This document shows, piece after piece, positions 1-8,642 of a stretch of DNA of 32,000 nucleotides. The first letter of the stretch is position 1. Every line of letters begins with the position of its first letter. Under the pieces are notes generated by a model. It did no database searches. It saw only the letters and a program-made list of their open reading frames with translations, and was not told where the DNA came from. The DNA is from an uncultured Alphaproteobacteria bacterium (GTDB lineage: Bacteria; Pseudomonadota; Alphaproteobacteria; ATCC43930; CGMCC-115725): assembly GCA_963750195.1 (NCBI GenBank), contig CAVVPS010000016.1, positions 968,093 through 1,000,092 of the forward strand, in the 5' to 3' direction. The position numbers and the translations under genes are program-made.

Positions 1-67
1 GCAGCCGGTCGCCGGTAGTCGGGCCGAACATCCCGGCATAAGCGGTGCGCGAAACCGTCATCGCCAT
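1..67 (-). CDS. ureC: urease subunit alpha, first 22 codons (runs off the window)
   Basis: Minus-strand ATG at 67..65, 4 nt after the ureB stop. The translation MAMTVSRTAYAGMFGPTTGDRL fits the conserved UreC N-terminus. It is missing from the ORF track because there is no stop in the window. Confidence 0.8.
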   Translation of the reverse strand, partial: MAMTVSRTAYAGMFGPTTGDRL

Positions 68-71
68 AGCG

Positions 72-380
72 CTAGTTCAGCCCGCCGTTGATCTTGCCAT
101 TGAAGCCGACGACGCGGCGCGCTCCGGCATAGGCGACCAGCCTGACCTCGCGGCTCTGCCCCGGCTCGAACCGCGTCGCGGTTCCGGCCGGGATGTCGAG
201 CCGATAGCCGCGCGCCTGCTCGCGGTCGAAAGCGAGGGCGGAGTTCGTCTCGTAGAAATGATAATGCGAGCCCACCTGGATCGGCCGGTCGCCGGTGTTG
301 GCGACGGTCAAGGTCACGGTCGGCCGCCCGGCATTGATCTCGATGTCGCCCGCGGCGGGGAGCAGCTCGCCGGGGATCAT
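72..380 (-). CDS. ureB: urease subunit beta
   Basis: [57 protein letters not shown] is a canonical UreB. I chose the internal ATG at 380 (MIPGE) rather than the GTG at 503 used by the ORF track. Confidence 0.9.
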   Translation of the reverse strand: MIPGELLPAAGDIEINAGRPTVTLTVANTGDRPIQVGSHYHFYETNSALAFDREQARGYRLDIPAGTATRFEPGQSREVRLVAYAGARRVVGFNGKINGGLN

Positions 381-448
381 TGCGACCTCGTCGATACCTG
401 CGAAAGCGGGAACCCAGGGACGGCGGGCGTCCCGGCGGTATACCTGGG

Positions 449-466
449 CCCCCGCTTTCGCGGGGG
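449..466 (-). other. perfect 7-bp GC stem-loop with a GAAA tetraloop in the ureA-ureB spacer
   Basis: mRNA sense reads CCCCCGC-GAAA-GCGGGGG. No U-tract follows, so it is not a canonical intrinsic terminator. Confidence 0.4.
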
Positions 467-499
467 TGACGACAAAAGGCGCTTGGATTAGTATCCTAC

Positions 500-802
500 T
501 CACCGGATCGGCTCGTGGACGGTGACGAGCTTGGTGCCGTCGGGAAAAGTCGCCTCGACCTGAATTTCCGCGATCATCTCGGCCACCCCCTCCATGACCT
601 GCTCGCGGCCGATGACCGTGGCGCCGTCACGCATCAACTCGGCGACGCTCCTGCCGTCGCGCGCCCCTTCGAGCACATAATCGGTGATCAGCGCCACCGC
701 CTCGGGATAGTTGAGCTTGACCCCGCGCCTCAGCCGGCGCTCGGCAACCATCGCCGCGACCGATATCAGCAGCTTGTCCTTTTCGTGCGGGGTCAGGTTC
801 AT
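500..802 (-). CDS. ureA: urease subunit gamma
   Basis: [75 protein letters not shown] is a full-length canonical UreA (100 aa). Confidence 0.95.
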   Translation of the reverse strand: MNLTPHEKDKLLISVAAMVAERRLRRGVKLNYPEAVALITDYVLEGARDGRSVAELMRDGATVIGREQVMEGVAEMIAEIQVEATFPDGTKLVTVHEPIR

Positions 803-820
803 CGCATCTGATAACCAGCA

Positions 821-1645
821 TCATACGTGCCAAATCCGCGGCAGGCGGCGGGGCAATCCCATCGCCTCGGCGCGCAAATGGCAAGCGAGATCGGCATAGG
901 CGCGGCGCAGCAGGGCCGCGTCGAGGGCCAGCCAGCGGGCGACAACGAGGCCGCCGATTGCGGTAACACCGGCCCTGACCCCGCGCGGCGCGGCAGCCTG
1001 GACCGCGCGCGCACCATCGACAAATCTCTGAGGATCGCGAGCAGCGGGCGCCAGCATCAAGGTGGCGAAACCCGCCGCGCCGTCGAAGCAGGCGGGATCG
1101 GCGACGATCGCGGCGATATCGCCGTCGAGATGGAGCGCATCGCCCCAAACGAGGCAGCCTTTGCATCGCACCTCCCAGACCTCGCGCAGAAATCCGTGGG
1201 TGAAGCGCTCGCCGCGGGCGCGGCGGCCAAAAACCACGATGTCGCCGCCAAGGAACACTGCATCGGGCGCAAGCTCGATCACACTTTCGCGCTCGAGACG
1301 CGCGCCGTCGTACACGATCGTCTCGGGCGGCAGGAATTCGAGCGCGCCGCCGTCGCCCACCGTCAGCGCTTGCCGCACCACCGTCGTCACGCCGGTCGAG
1401 CGATAGATCTTCTCCGCCGCCGAGGCCGTGACATGCGCGCTCGCCTTGGGATCGACGCGAACGGCGATGTCGATATGGTCGCCGGCGACGAGCCCGCCCG
1501 AAGTGGTGACGAACGCTGCTTGGATCGGATCATCCGCTTCCGGAGTCGGGAACAGCACGCGTAGCGGGTCGGCCTGGTAAAGATGGGCGAGGCGGGTGAC
1601 CCCATCGCGGCGGGCAAAGCCGATTTCGGCGATCCCGTGCGTCAA
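821..1645 (-). CDS. ureD: urease accessory protein UreD
   Basis: The UreD-like body (..LRVLFPTPEADDPIQAAFVTTSGGLVAGD..LEFLPPETIVYDGARL..) lies directly upstream of ureA. The proposed TTG start at 1645 overlaps the ggt stop (TATTGA). The 5' part of the 362-aa track ORF is out-of-frame ggt sequence. Confidence 0.8.
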   Translation of the reverse strand: MTHGIAEIGFARRDGVTRLAHLYQADPLRVLFPTPEADDPIQAAFVTTSGGLVAGDHIDIAVRVDPKASAHVTASAAEKIYRSTGVTTVVRQALTVGDGGALEFLPPETIVYDGARLERESVIELAPDAVFLGGDIVVFGRRARGERFTHGFLREVWEVRCKGCLVWGDALHLDGDIAAIVADPACFDGAAGFATLMLAPAARDPQRFVDGARAVQAAAPRGVRAGVTAIGGLVVARWLALDAALLRRAYADLACHLRAEAMGLPRRLPRIWHV

Positions 1646-3224
1646 TAGCCGAGCGCGAGGCCGTCCTTGCGAGGCTCCGACCCGCCGATCAGGACGCCGC
1701 GCTGATGGTCGATCCAGATCGCCTGGCAACCGCCGAGCGGCACCTCCTGTACCGCGATTTCGTGACCGCGGCGCGCGAGGTCGGCGACAATCGGCTCGGG
1801 AACCGCCTTTTCGACCTGCAAGACGCCGTTGAGTGCGAGGATGCGCGGTGCTCGGCGGCTTGCTGCGGGTCCAGGCCGCGGTCGAGCATGCGGTGCAGGA
1901 AATGGGCATGGCCGACCGACTGATAGTGCCCGCCCATCACGCCAAACGGCATCACCGCGCGGCCGTCCTTGACCAGCATTCCGGGAATGATCGTGTGCAG
2001 CGGGCGCTTGCGCGGCGCGATCGCATTGGGATGGCCGGGGATGGTGCGGAACCCGGTGCCCCGATTATGCAGCAACACACCGCTTTCGGGCGCCACGATC
2101 CCGCTGCCGAAGCCCGAGAATAGCGAGTTGATGAACGAGCAGGCATTGCCGTCGCGGTCGACGACGCAGAGATAGACGGTGTCCTTCTGCTCGATCTCGG
2201 CCCAACGCGGCCCCGGCAATGCACGATCGAGCCGGATCGTGCGGCGAGCTCTTCTCCGCCCTGGCCTCCGACAGATACTCCGCCACGTCGAACCGAGACA
2301 TGATCGGGGTCGCCGATAAAATTGTCGCGCACCCAGTAGGCCGCCTTGTTCGCCTCGGCGAGCAGATGCAGACGGTCGGCCTCGCTGAAGCCGTCGTCGC
2401 CGAGCGCATAGCCTTCGAGCGTGCGCAGGATCATCAGGGCGGCCATGCCCTGCCCATTCGGTGGGCACTCGTAGACATCGTAGCCGCGATAGGGGGCAGT
2501 GATCGGCTCGACCCAGTTTGAGCGCTGCGCCGCGAAATCCTCCTCCTCGTGCAATCCGCCGAGCGATTTCAGGCGAGTGACGATGTCGCGCATGACGGCA
2601 CCGTCGTAAAAGGCCTCGCGACCCTCGCGGCCGATCCGGCGCAACGTGGCGGCGAGCGGCGGGTTCGCCATCCGGTCGCCGGCCTCGGGCGGCTTGCCGC
2701 CGGGCAGGAACAGCGCGGCGGTCACCGGATCGCGCAGCTTGGCCTGGTTGCGCTGCCATTCGGCCGCGACGCGCGGGGTCACGACGTAACCCGCTTCGGC
2801 CGCCCGCGCTGCCGGCTCCAGCAATTCGTCGAGCGGCCGCGTACCGTACTCGCGGTTGAACATGCACCAGGCGTCGACGGCGCCGGGGATAGTCACGGCA
2901 TGCGGTGTGGGAACTTGGATTTCGTGAATGCCGTGCTCGACATACCATTCGACCTTGGCTTTGGCCGGCGCCCGCCCAGAGCCGTTGAGCGCGACCGGAA
3001 GCGCGCCGCCATGCGAATAAAGAACAAAACAATCGCCGCCGATCCCGGTGCTTTGCGGTTCGACGACGCATTGCATCGCGACCGCGGCAATCGCTGCGTC
3101 GGCGGCATTGCCACCCGCGCGCAGCACGTCGAGCGCCGTCAATGTCGCCATCGGGGCGCGAGGTCGCCGCCATCCCGTTCGCCGCCATCGCCGCCGAGCG
3201 TCCGGGAATATTGAAGTCGCGCAT
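1642..3224 (-). pseudogene. ggt: gamma-glutamyltransferase family gene with about 5 single-nt frameshifts
   Basis: GGT-like segments are spread over all three minus frames. They are [22 protein letters not shown], then [95 protein letters not shown], and [23 protein letters not shown]. Shifts occur near 3160, 2292, 2252, 2237 and 1847. Confidence 0.8.
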
Positions 3225-3377
3225 CGCCCTATCCTCGCCCGAAGTGCAAATCTTCCTTGCCCAAGTGCAAAGCGCCCGCCGGCGCAGCAATGCTGACCGG
3301 CGGGCTCGTCGCTTGCTCGGGACTAATGCACGGTCTTACCCTAGCCGTCAATTCGCGACCCGGGAACAAAACCGATC

Positions 3378-4449
3378 ATGGATGGAAGTTTCGCCCCGCT
3401 GCGCTTTCCGGTTGCAAACCCGCCGATGCCGGGCGAGACCGTGCCGATTGCGCCCGGCGTGCTGTGGCTGCGGATGCCGCTGCCCTTTGCGCTCGATCAC
3501 ATCAACCTGTGGCTGCTCGCGGACGGCGAGGGCTGGACGATCGTCGATACCGGCTATGCGATGCCCGAGAGCAGGGCCGCTGTGGGAGCGGATCTTTGCC
3601 GAGCGGCTCGGCGGGCGGCCGGTCACCAGGATCATCGTCACCCATTACCATCCCGACCATATCGGGCTCGCCGGCTGGCTGTGCGAGCGCTGGCGGGTGC
3701 GATTGTGGACCACCGAAAAGGAGTGGCTCCACGCCCGGGTGATGAGCCGCGAGAGCGACGACTTCGCGTCCTCGCGCCGCGAATTTGCCCGCCGCGCCGG
3801 GCTCGACGCCGCGTCGAGCGAGCTCTTCGGCGAACACGGAAAGGGGTATCGCCGCGGCGTGCCCTCGGTGCCGCCGTCGTTCGAACGGCTCGCCGATGGG
3901 ATGAGCGTGGCAATCGGCGGGCGCGAATGGCGGGTTATCGTCGGCGAGGGCCACGCCCCCGAACTGGCCTGTCTCTATTGCGCCGAAGCGGGCGTGCTGA
4001 TCTCGGGTGACCAGGTATTGCCCAAGATCTCGCCCAACGTCTCGGTGCAGGCGCACGAACCTGACGGCGACCCGCTGGCGCGCTATCTCTCCTCGCTCGC
4101 CAAGTTACGGGCAGCGGTTCCGCCCGAAGTCCTGGTGCTGCCGTCGCACAATTTGCCTTTTTTCGGTCTGCATGCACGCATCGACGCGCTCGCCGCGCAC
4201 CACCAGGCGCGGTGCAAGGAGATCCTGACCGCGTGCGTCACCCCGCAGAGCGCGGTGGATCTGCTGCCGCTGTTGTTCCGCCGTCCGCTCGATCGGCACC
4301 AGACGGCGTTTGCGCTTGGCGAGGCTCTCGCCCACCTGCATTATCTGATGGTTCAAGGCGCGCTCGACCGCGTGCTCGGTTCCGACGGCGTCTATCGCTT
4401 TGTCGGCGCGAGCGCTAAGCGGGGGACGGGCAAACGGGGAGGGAAGTAG
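3378..4449 (+). pseudogene. MBL-fold metallo-hydrolase, one frameshift near 3575
   Basis: The N-terminus MDGSFAPLRF..WLLADGEGWTIVDTGYAMPESRA is in frame 0. It continues in frame 1 as LWERIFAERLGGRPVTRIIVTHYHPDHIGLAGW.. (HxHxDH motif) through to the stop at 4449. Confidence 0.75.
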
Positions 4450-5716
4450 ATGTTTCGGCGAGAAGATTCGTTATGTGATCGGCGGCGCGGCTACAGGGTT
4501 AGCGGCGTGCTGGTTGCGTGTCGGGTGCAGTACAGGCGGCGGAGCCGATCACGATCGGCTTTGGCATGGCGACTGACCGGCGGGCTCGCCGCCGCCGGCA
4601 AATCCGCGCTGCTGGCGATGCAAATCTGGCGGGACGACGTCAACGCCAAAGGCGGGTTGTTGGGCCGGCCGGTCAAGCTGATCAATTACGACGACCAGAG
4701 CAACCCGGCGACGGTGCCGGGGATCTACACAAAACTTATCGACGTCGACAAGGTCGACTTCATCGTCTCGGGCTACGGCACGAATTTGGTCGCACCGGCG
4801 ATGCCGATGGCAATTTCACACGACCGATTGTTCCTCGGCTTGTTCGGGCTCGCGGTGAACAGCGAGTTCCACTATCCGAAATACTTCTCGATGCTGCCGG
4901 CCGGGCCTGACCCGAAGCACGCCTTCGCGGAACCGTTCTTCAAGGTCGCGATGGCGGCCGATCCGAAGCCGCAAACGCTCGCCTTGCTCGCCGAAGACGC
5001 CGAGTTCCCGAAGAACGCCTCCGAGGGCATCCGCGACCTCGTCAAGCAATACGGGATCAAGCTCGTCTACGATAAGACCTATCCGCCCGGCACCCCCGAT
5101 TTTACCCCGATCGTCCATGCCATCCAGGCGACCAACCCCGATATGGTCTTCGTCGCCTCCTACCCGCCGGGATCGGTCGGCATGCTGCGCGCCGCGACCG
5201 AATCCGGCCTCAAGACGCGGTTCTTCGGCGGCGGCATGGTCGGGCTGCAATACACGCCGGTCAAAGTGCAGTTCGGACCCAAGCTCAACAGCGTCATCGA
5301 CTACGACTGGTGGATCCCGGCGCCGACGATGCAGTTTCCCGGGCATCCTCGATTTCCTCAAAGAATACCAGGCCAAGGCGCCCGCCGCGGGCGTCGATCC
5401 GCTGGGATGGTACCTGCCGCCCTTCGCCTATGCGAATCTGCAAGTGCTCGGCGAGGCGATCGAGGGAGCCAAGACCCTCGACCAGGCCAAACTCGCCGAT
5501 TACATCCACAGTCATCCGTTCAACACCATTGTCGGCAACATAACCTTCGGCACGGACGGCGAATGGTCGAAATCCCGAGTGCTCGAAGTCCAGTGGCAGA
5601 ATATCAAGAGCAAAAGCCTCGACCAGTTCAAGGACACCAAAACCGAGGTGATCCTCGATCCCTCGCAATACCGGACAGGCACGGTGGTCGCGCCCTACGA
5701 CGGCGGCAGTGAGTAG
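4450..5716 (+). pseudogene. LivK-type (branched-chain amino acid) ABC transporter substrate-binding protein, about 3 frameshifts
   Basis: The signal-peptide region is split over frames (..IRYVIGGAATGLAACWL / GAVQAAEPITIGFGMA / LTGGLAAAGKSALLAMQIWRDDVNAKGGLLGRPVKLINYDDQSNP..). The C-terminal third (GILDFLKEYQAKAPAAGVDPLGWYLPPFAYANLQVLGEAI..) is in another frame. Shifts occur near 4515, 4572 and 5343 (extra G in cccggg). The start may instead be the GTG at 4475. Confidence 0.75.
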
Positions 5717-5726
5717 GAGAAAGATA

Positions 5727-6128
5727 ATGGCACGGATCAACCACGTCGCGCTGAAGGTGACCGATCTCGAAAAAGCGACCCAGTTCTACGAGAACGTATA
5801 CGGTTTCCGCCAGGTCGGGACCGGGCGTTCGCGCGGGCACATCTCGCGGCACATGACCGACGGCTATATCGATCTGGCGCTGATGGTCTATGACAGCGAG
5901 GACGACGCCGAGGCTAAGATGGTCGGCCCTGGCCCGGCGATCCACCATTTCGGCATCGAAGTCGAGGACCACGAGGGCTTCGCCGAGAAGGTCGTCGCCA
6001 ATGGCGGGACGATCCTGTCCAAGCCCGGCGAGATCCCGATCAAATACCGCTCGCCCGACGGCACCGTCGCCGAAATCGTGCCGCAGGGGCGGTACCAGAA
6101 AATGCGGGAGCGCAGCGCCGCCGAATAG
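5727..6128 (+). CDS. VOC (glyoxalase/bleomycin-resistance/dioxygenase) family protein
   Basis: MARINHVALKVTDLEKATQFYENVYGF..IHHFGIEVEDHEGF.. is a typical VOC fold signature. An AGGAGA ribosome-binding site lies 7 nt upstream of the ATG at 5727. Confidence 0.8.
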   Translation: MARINHVALKVTDLEKATQFYENVYGFRQVGTGRSRGHISRHMTDGYIDLALMVYDSEDDAEAKMVGPGPAIHHFGIEVEDHEGFAEKVVANGGTILSKPGEIPIKYRSPDGTVAEIVPQGRYQKMRERSAAE

Positions 6129-6165
6129 CGCTGCCGACAGCCGGGCCGACGCGGGGGCGCCCAGC

Positions 6166-7495
6166 TCACTTGCTGTTTTTGGCAGCGACGTGTTCTGCCT
6201 TTGACATCGTCAACTTTTCCGGGTGGACGATGGTCTTGTTGGCGGCGGCGCGGGCGGCCCCGAGATTGGGAAACTCGGTCTCGGCGCTTTCACGCTGCAA
6301 GACATATGTGGTCGACATCGCCTTGCCGCTCTTCTGGTCGGCGACCGAGCGCTTGACGATCGTCCAGTGAACCCGCCGGGTTCCGCTATCCTCGGCCTCG
6401 TCGGAGACATCCTCGAAGCCGCGATCGACCATCAATTCTAAGCGTGTAGAGCTTCTGCTCGACGCGCCTTGCCGGCGCATCGCGTCCCCGCCTGCGCTGT
6501 CCGTCGCTCGGGCCGCCCGGGCCTCGCCCGCGCGCGCCCCGGTCGTTGCGATCGCCGCGTTCGCGGTCGCGGCTGTCCGCATCACTCAGTCCAGGGCCTC
6601 GCTCGCGATGTTGCTGCTCCCCAAATCGCTCGGGTTGACCGTCGCGCGATCTTTCCTCGCCGGGACGGCGGTTGGGTCCCCGGCCGTGCGGCGGTCGAGG
6701 GGCATCTCGCCGTGCGCCGTCGGCTGATTGGTCTTGGCTGGCCGGCACAGCTTCGCCGATGCGCAGAGGTGGGCGTCGCCGCCGCCGGCGGGGCGGGAAC
6801 TCGCCCTCCGCGCGCGGCGCGCTGGCCGCAGTGTCGCCGGCGGGCGTCTCGCCGTTCGGCGGCGCCACGTCCGCCATTCCGCGTTGCAGGCCCGGCGGTC
6901 GGGGAAGCCGACGCCGGCGGCGCACCGGCAGCCGGAGATAACCTGTCGTGCCACCAGCGCCGTAGGGCGTGGCCGCGGCTGCGCCGGCTTCGCCGTTAGC
7001 CGTACTCTCCGGCTGAGAGCCGTCACCTGCGGCGTTCTGTGTCGTCGCACCGCGATCGTCCCGCGGCAGCGCGGATCCCAAACCACCAGGCGGCGGACGG
7101 CGCCGACGCCGCCGCCGGCGGGGCGGGCGATCGCCGGTCGTATGTGCTGCCGTACCCGGCGTCGGGCCTGCCTCGGCGGCGCCGCTGTCATCGCCCCCCG
7201 GATCGACGACGGTGGCTTCCGCGCCCGACGGCGCCTCATCGGCCGATATCGCGGCAGGGTCGCTGCCCACCGCAGGCACAGCGTCAAGTGGCGGGCTTCG
7301 TCGCCGGCGCCGCCGGCGACGGCGCAGCTGTTCACCAGGCGAGGCTTCGCTTCGCCCCTCGGGCTCGCTTGCGACGCTCGGCGGCGCCCCCGGCGCAGCG
7401 TCTGCTGATGGGCCAATAGGAAGGTCGGCGCTGACCCGATCGCTCGGCGGGTCGTCGGCGGCTGGCGGCATCTGGGGCGTTTCCTCGGGCGGCAT
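6166..7495 (-). pseudogene. Arg/Pro-rich low-complexity protein with a globular ~90-aa C-terminal domain; one frameshift near 6441
   Basis: Proposed start MPPEETPQMPPAADD at 7495. There are four poly-Arg runs (R9, R8, R5, R6), each flanked by prolines. The frame changes at ..VEQKLYTL / ELMVDRGFEDVSDEAEDSGTRRVHWTIVKRSVADQKSGKAMSTTYVLQRE..KNSK*. Function is unknown. Confidence 0.45.
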
Positions 7496-7565
7496 TTTCG
7501 TGCTCGTGAGCCTGGCATGAGCGGCGATATTATCGATCGACGATCGATCCGGAGAAAGAGCGGCG

Positions 7566-8620
7566 ATGTCAAGCGTGATTGGCGGGGCGATGCTGCCCCA
7601 TGCCCCGCAATTCTTTACGATGCCGGAAACCGAGGACCGCGGCACGGTCGCGCGGGTCAAACAGGCGGCCGCCGAGATCGGTGCCCAGCTCCAGGCGTTA
7701 CGCCCCGATCTGTGGGTCATCTTTGCCAACGACCATGCCGAGCAGTTCTTTCATACCGCAGCCCCGCCCTTCACGATCCATGTCGGCGGCGAAGCCAAAG
7801 GCTCCTTCGCCGGCCATCAGTTTGATTGGCGGGTGCCGGGCGAGATCGGCTTCGAGATCGTGCGCCGGATGTACGCCGAGGGTTTCGACCCGGCTTTTAC
7901 CAGCGTCGCCAAAATCGACTACGCGCTCGGCATCCCGCTGACCCATCTCGATGTCAGCGACCCGGTCCTGCCGATCTACGTCAACGCCTATCTGCCGCCG
8001 CAGCCGACGATGGAGCGCTGCTATGCCTTTGGCCAGGCCTTGGCGCGGATTGTAACGGCGATGGGGGTGAAGACGGCGGTGCTGGCGAGCGGCGGCATGT
8101 CGCATTACCCGGGCACCGAGCGCTATGCCGAGCCCGATCTCGCCTGGGATCAGCGGGCGCTCGACCGGCTCGCCGCCGGGCACCTCAAATCATTGATCGG
8201 CTATGACGCGGCTGAGCTCGACGCCTCAGGCAATGTCGAATTGCGCTGCTGGGCCTGCGCCGCCGGCGCGCTTGGCGAGCGCAAACCCGACATCGTCTCG
8301 CTGGAGCCGAGCTGGCACCACAATTACGCCTCGCTCGGCTGGTTCAGCCCGCCGGCAACCGCCGCCGAATCCACATTACCCGTCGATCAGGCCCGAACTC
8401 GTCGAGCTCACCGTGGCGCTCCAAGGCCTCGCCCATGACGAGGTCAGGCCGCGCCGCCTTTCTCGCCGATCCTGGCGCCTACGCCGATCGCTTCCGACTG
8501 TCCCCGCCACAGCGCGAGGCGCTCGTCGCATTAGACACGCGCGCGATCGTCGCGATGGGCGGCCACCCGCTGGTGCCGTTTCTCGCCAACATGCAGGTCG
8601 AGCGCCAGCGCCGCGGCTGA
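7566..8620 (+). pseudogene. class III extradiol ring-cleavage dioxygenase (LigB family) with a fused LigA-like C-terminal domain; 2 frameshifts
   Basis: The LigB-like body is MSSVIGGAMLPHAPQFF..VIFANDHAEQFF..LASGGMSHYPG... The tail is in two other frames (PHYPSIRPELVELTVALQGLAHDE / RSGRAAFLADPGAYADRFRLSPPQREALVALDTRAIVAMGGHPLVPFLANMQV). Shifts occur near 8370 and 8440. Confidence 0.7.
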
Positions 8621-8642
8621 GCGCCTAGACTGCGGCGACGGG

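Noticed and set aside
72-503. Long form of ureB (143 aa) starting at a GTG overlapping the ureA stop
   Set aside because: The 41-aa extension has no urease-like sequence and is encoded partly by the GC hairpin. The canonical UreB N-terminus (MIPGE) begins at 380.
827-1564. 245-aa plus-strand ORF
   Set aside because: It is antisense to ureD and has GC-shadow composition.
6776-7130. ~21-bp GC-rich direct repeat (cgccgccgccggcggggcggg) at 6776-6798 and 7107-7130, considered as a repeat element or CRISPR-like unit
   Set aside because: There are only two copies, with no spacer architecture. They are simply the DNA encoding the Pro-flanked poly-Arg blocks.
6586-7572. Alternative long ORFs (6586-7572 -, 6728-7408 +, 7039-7419 +) overlapping the Arg-rich gene
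   Set aside because: In this extreme GC/CGG-rich stretch every frame stays open. Only the chosen frame connects to the non-repetitive C-terminal domain. Frame choice in the low-complexity part remains uncertain.
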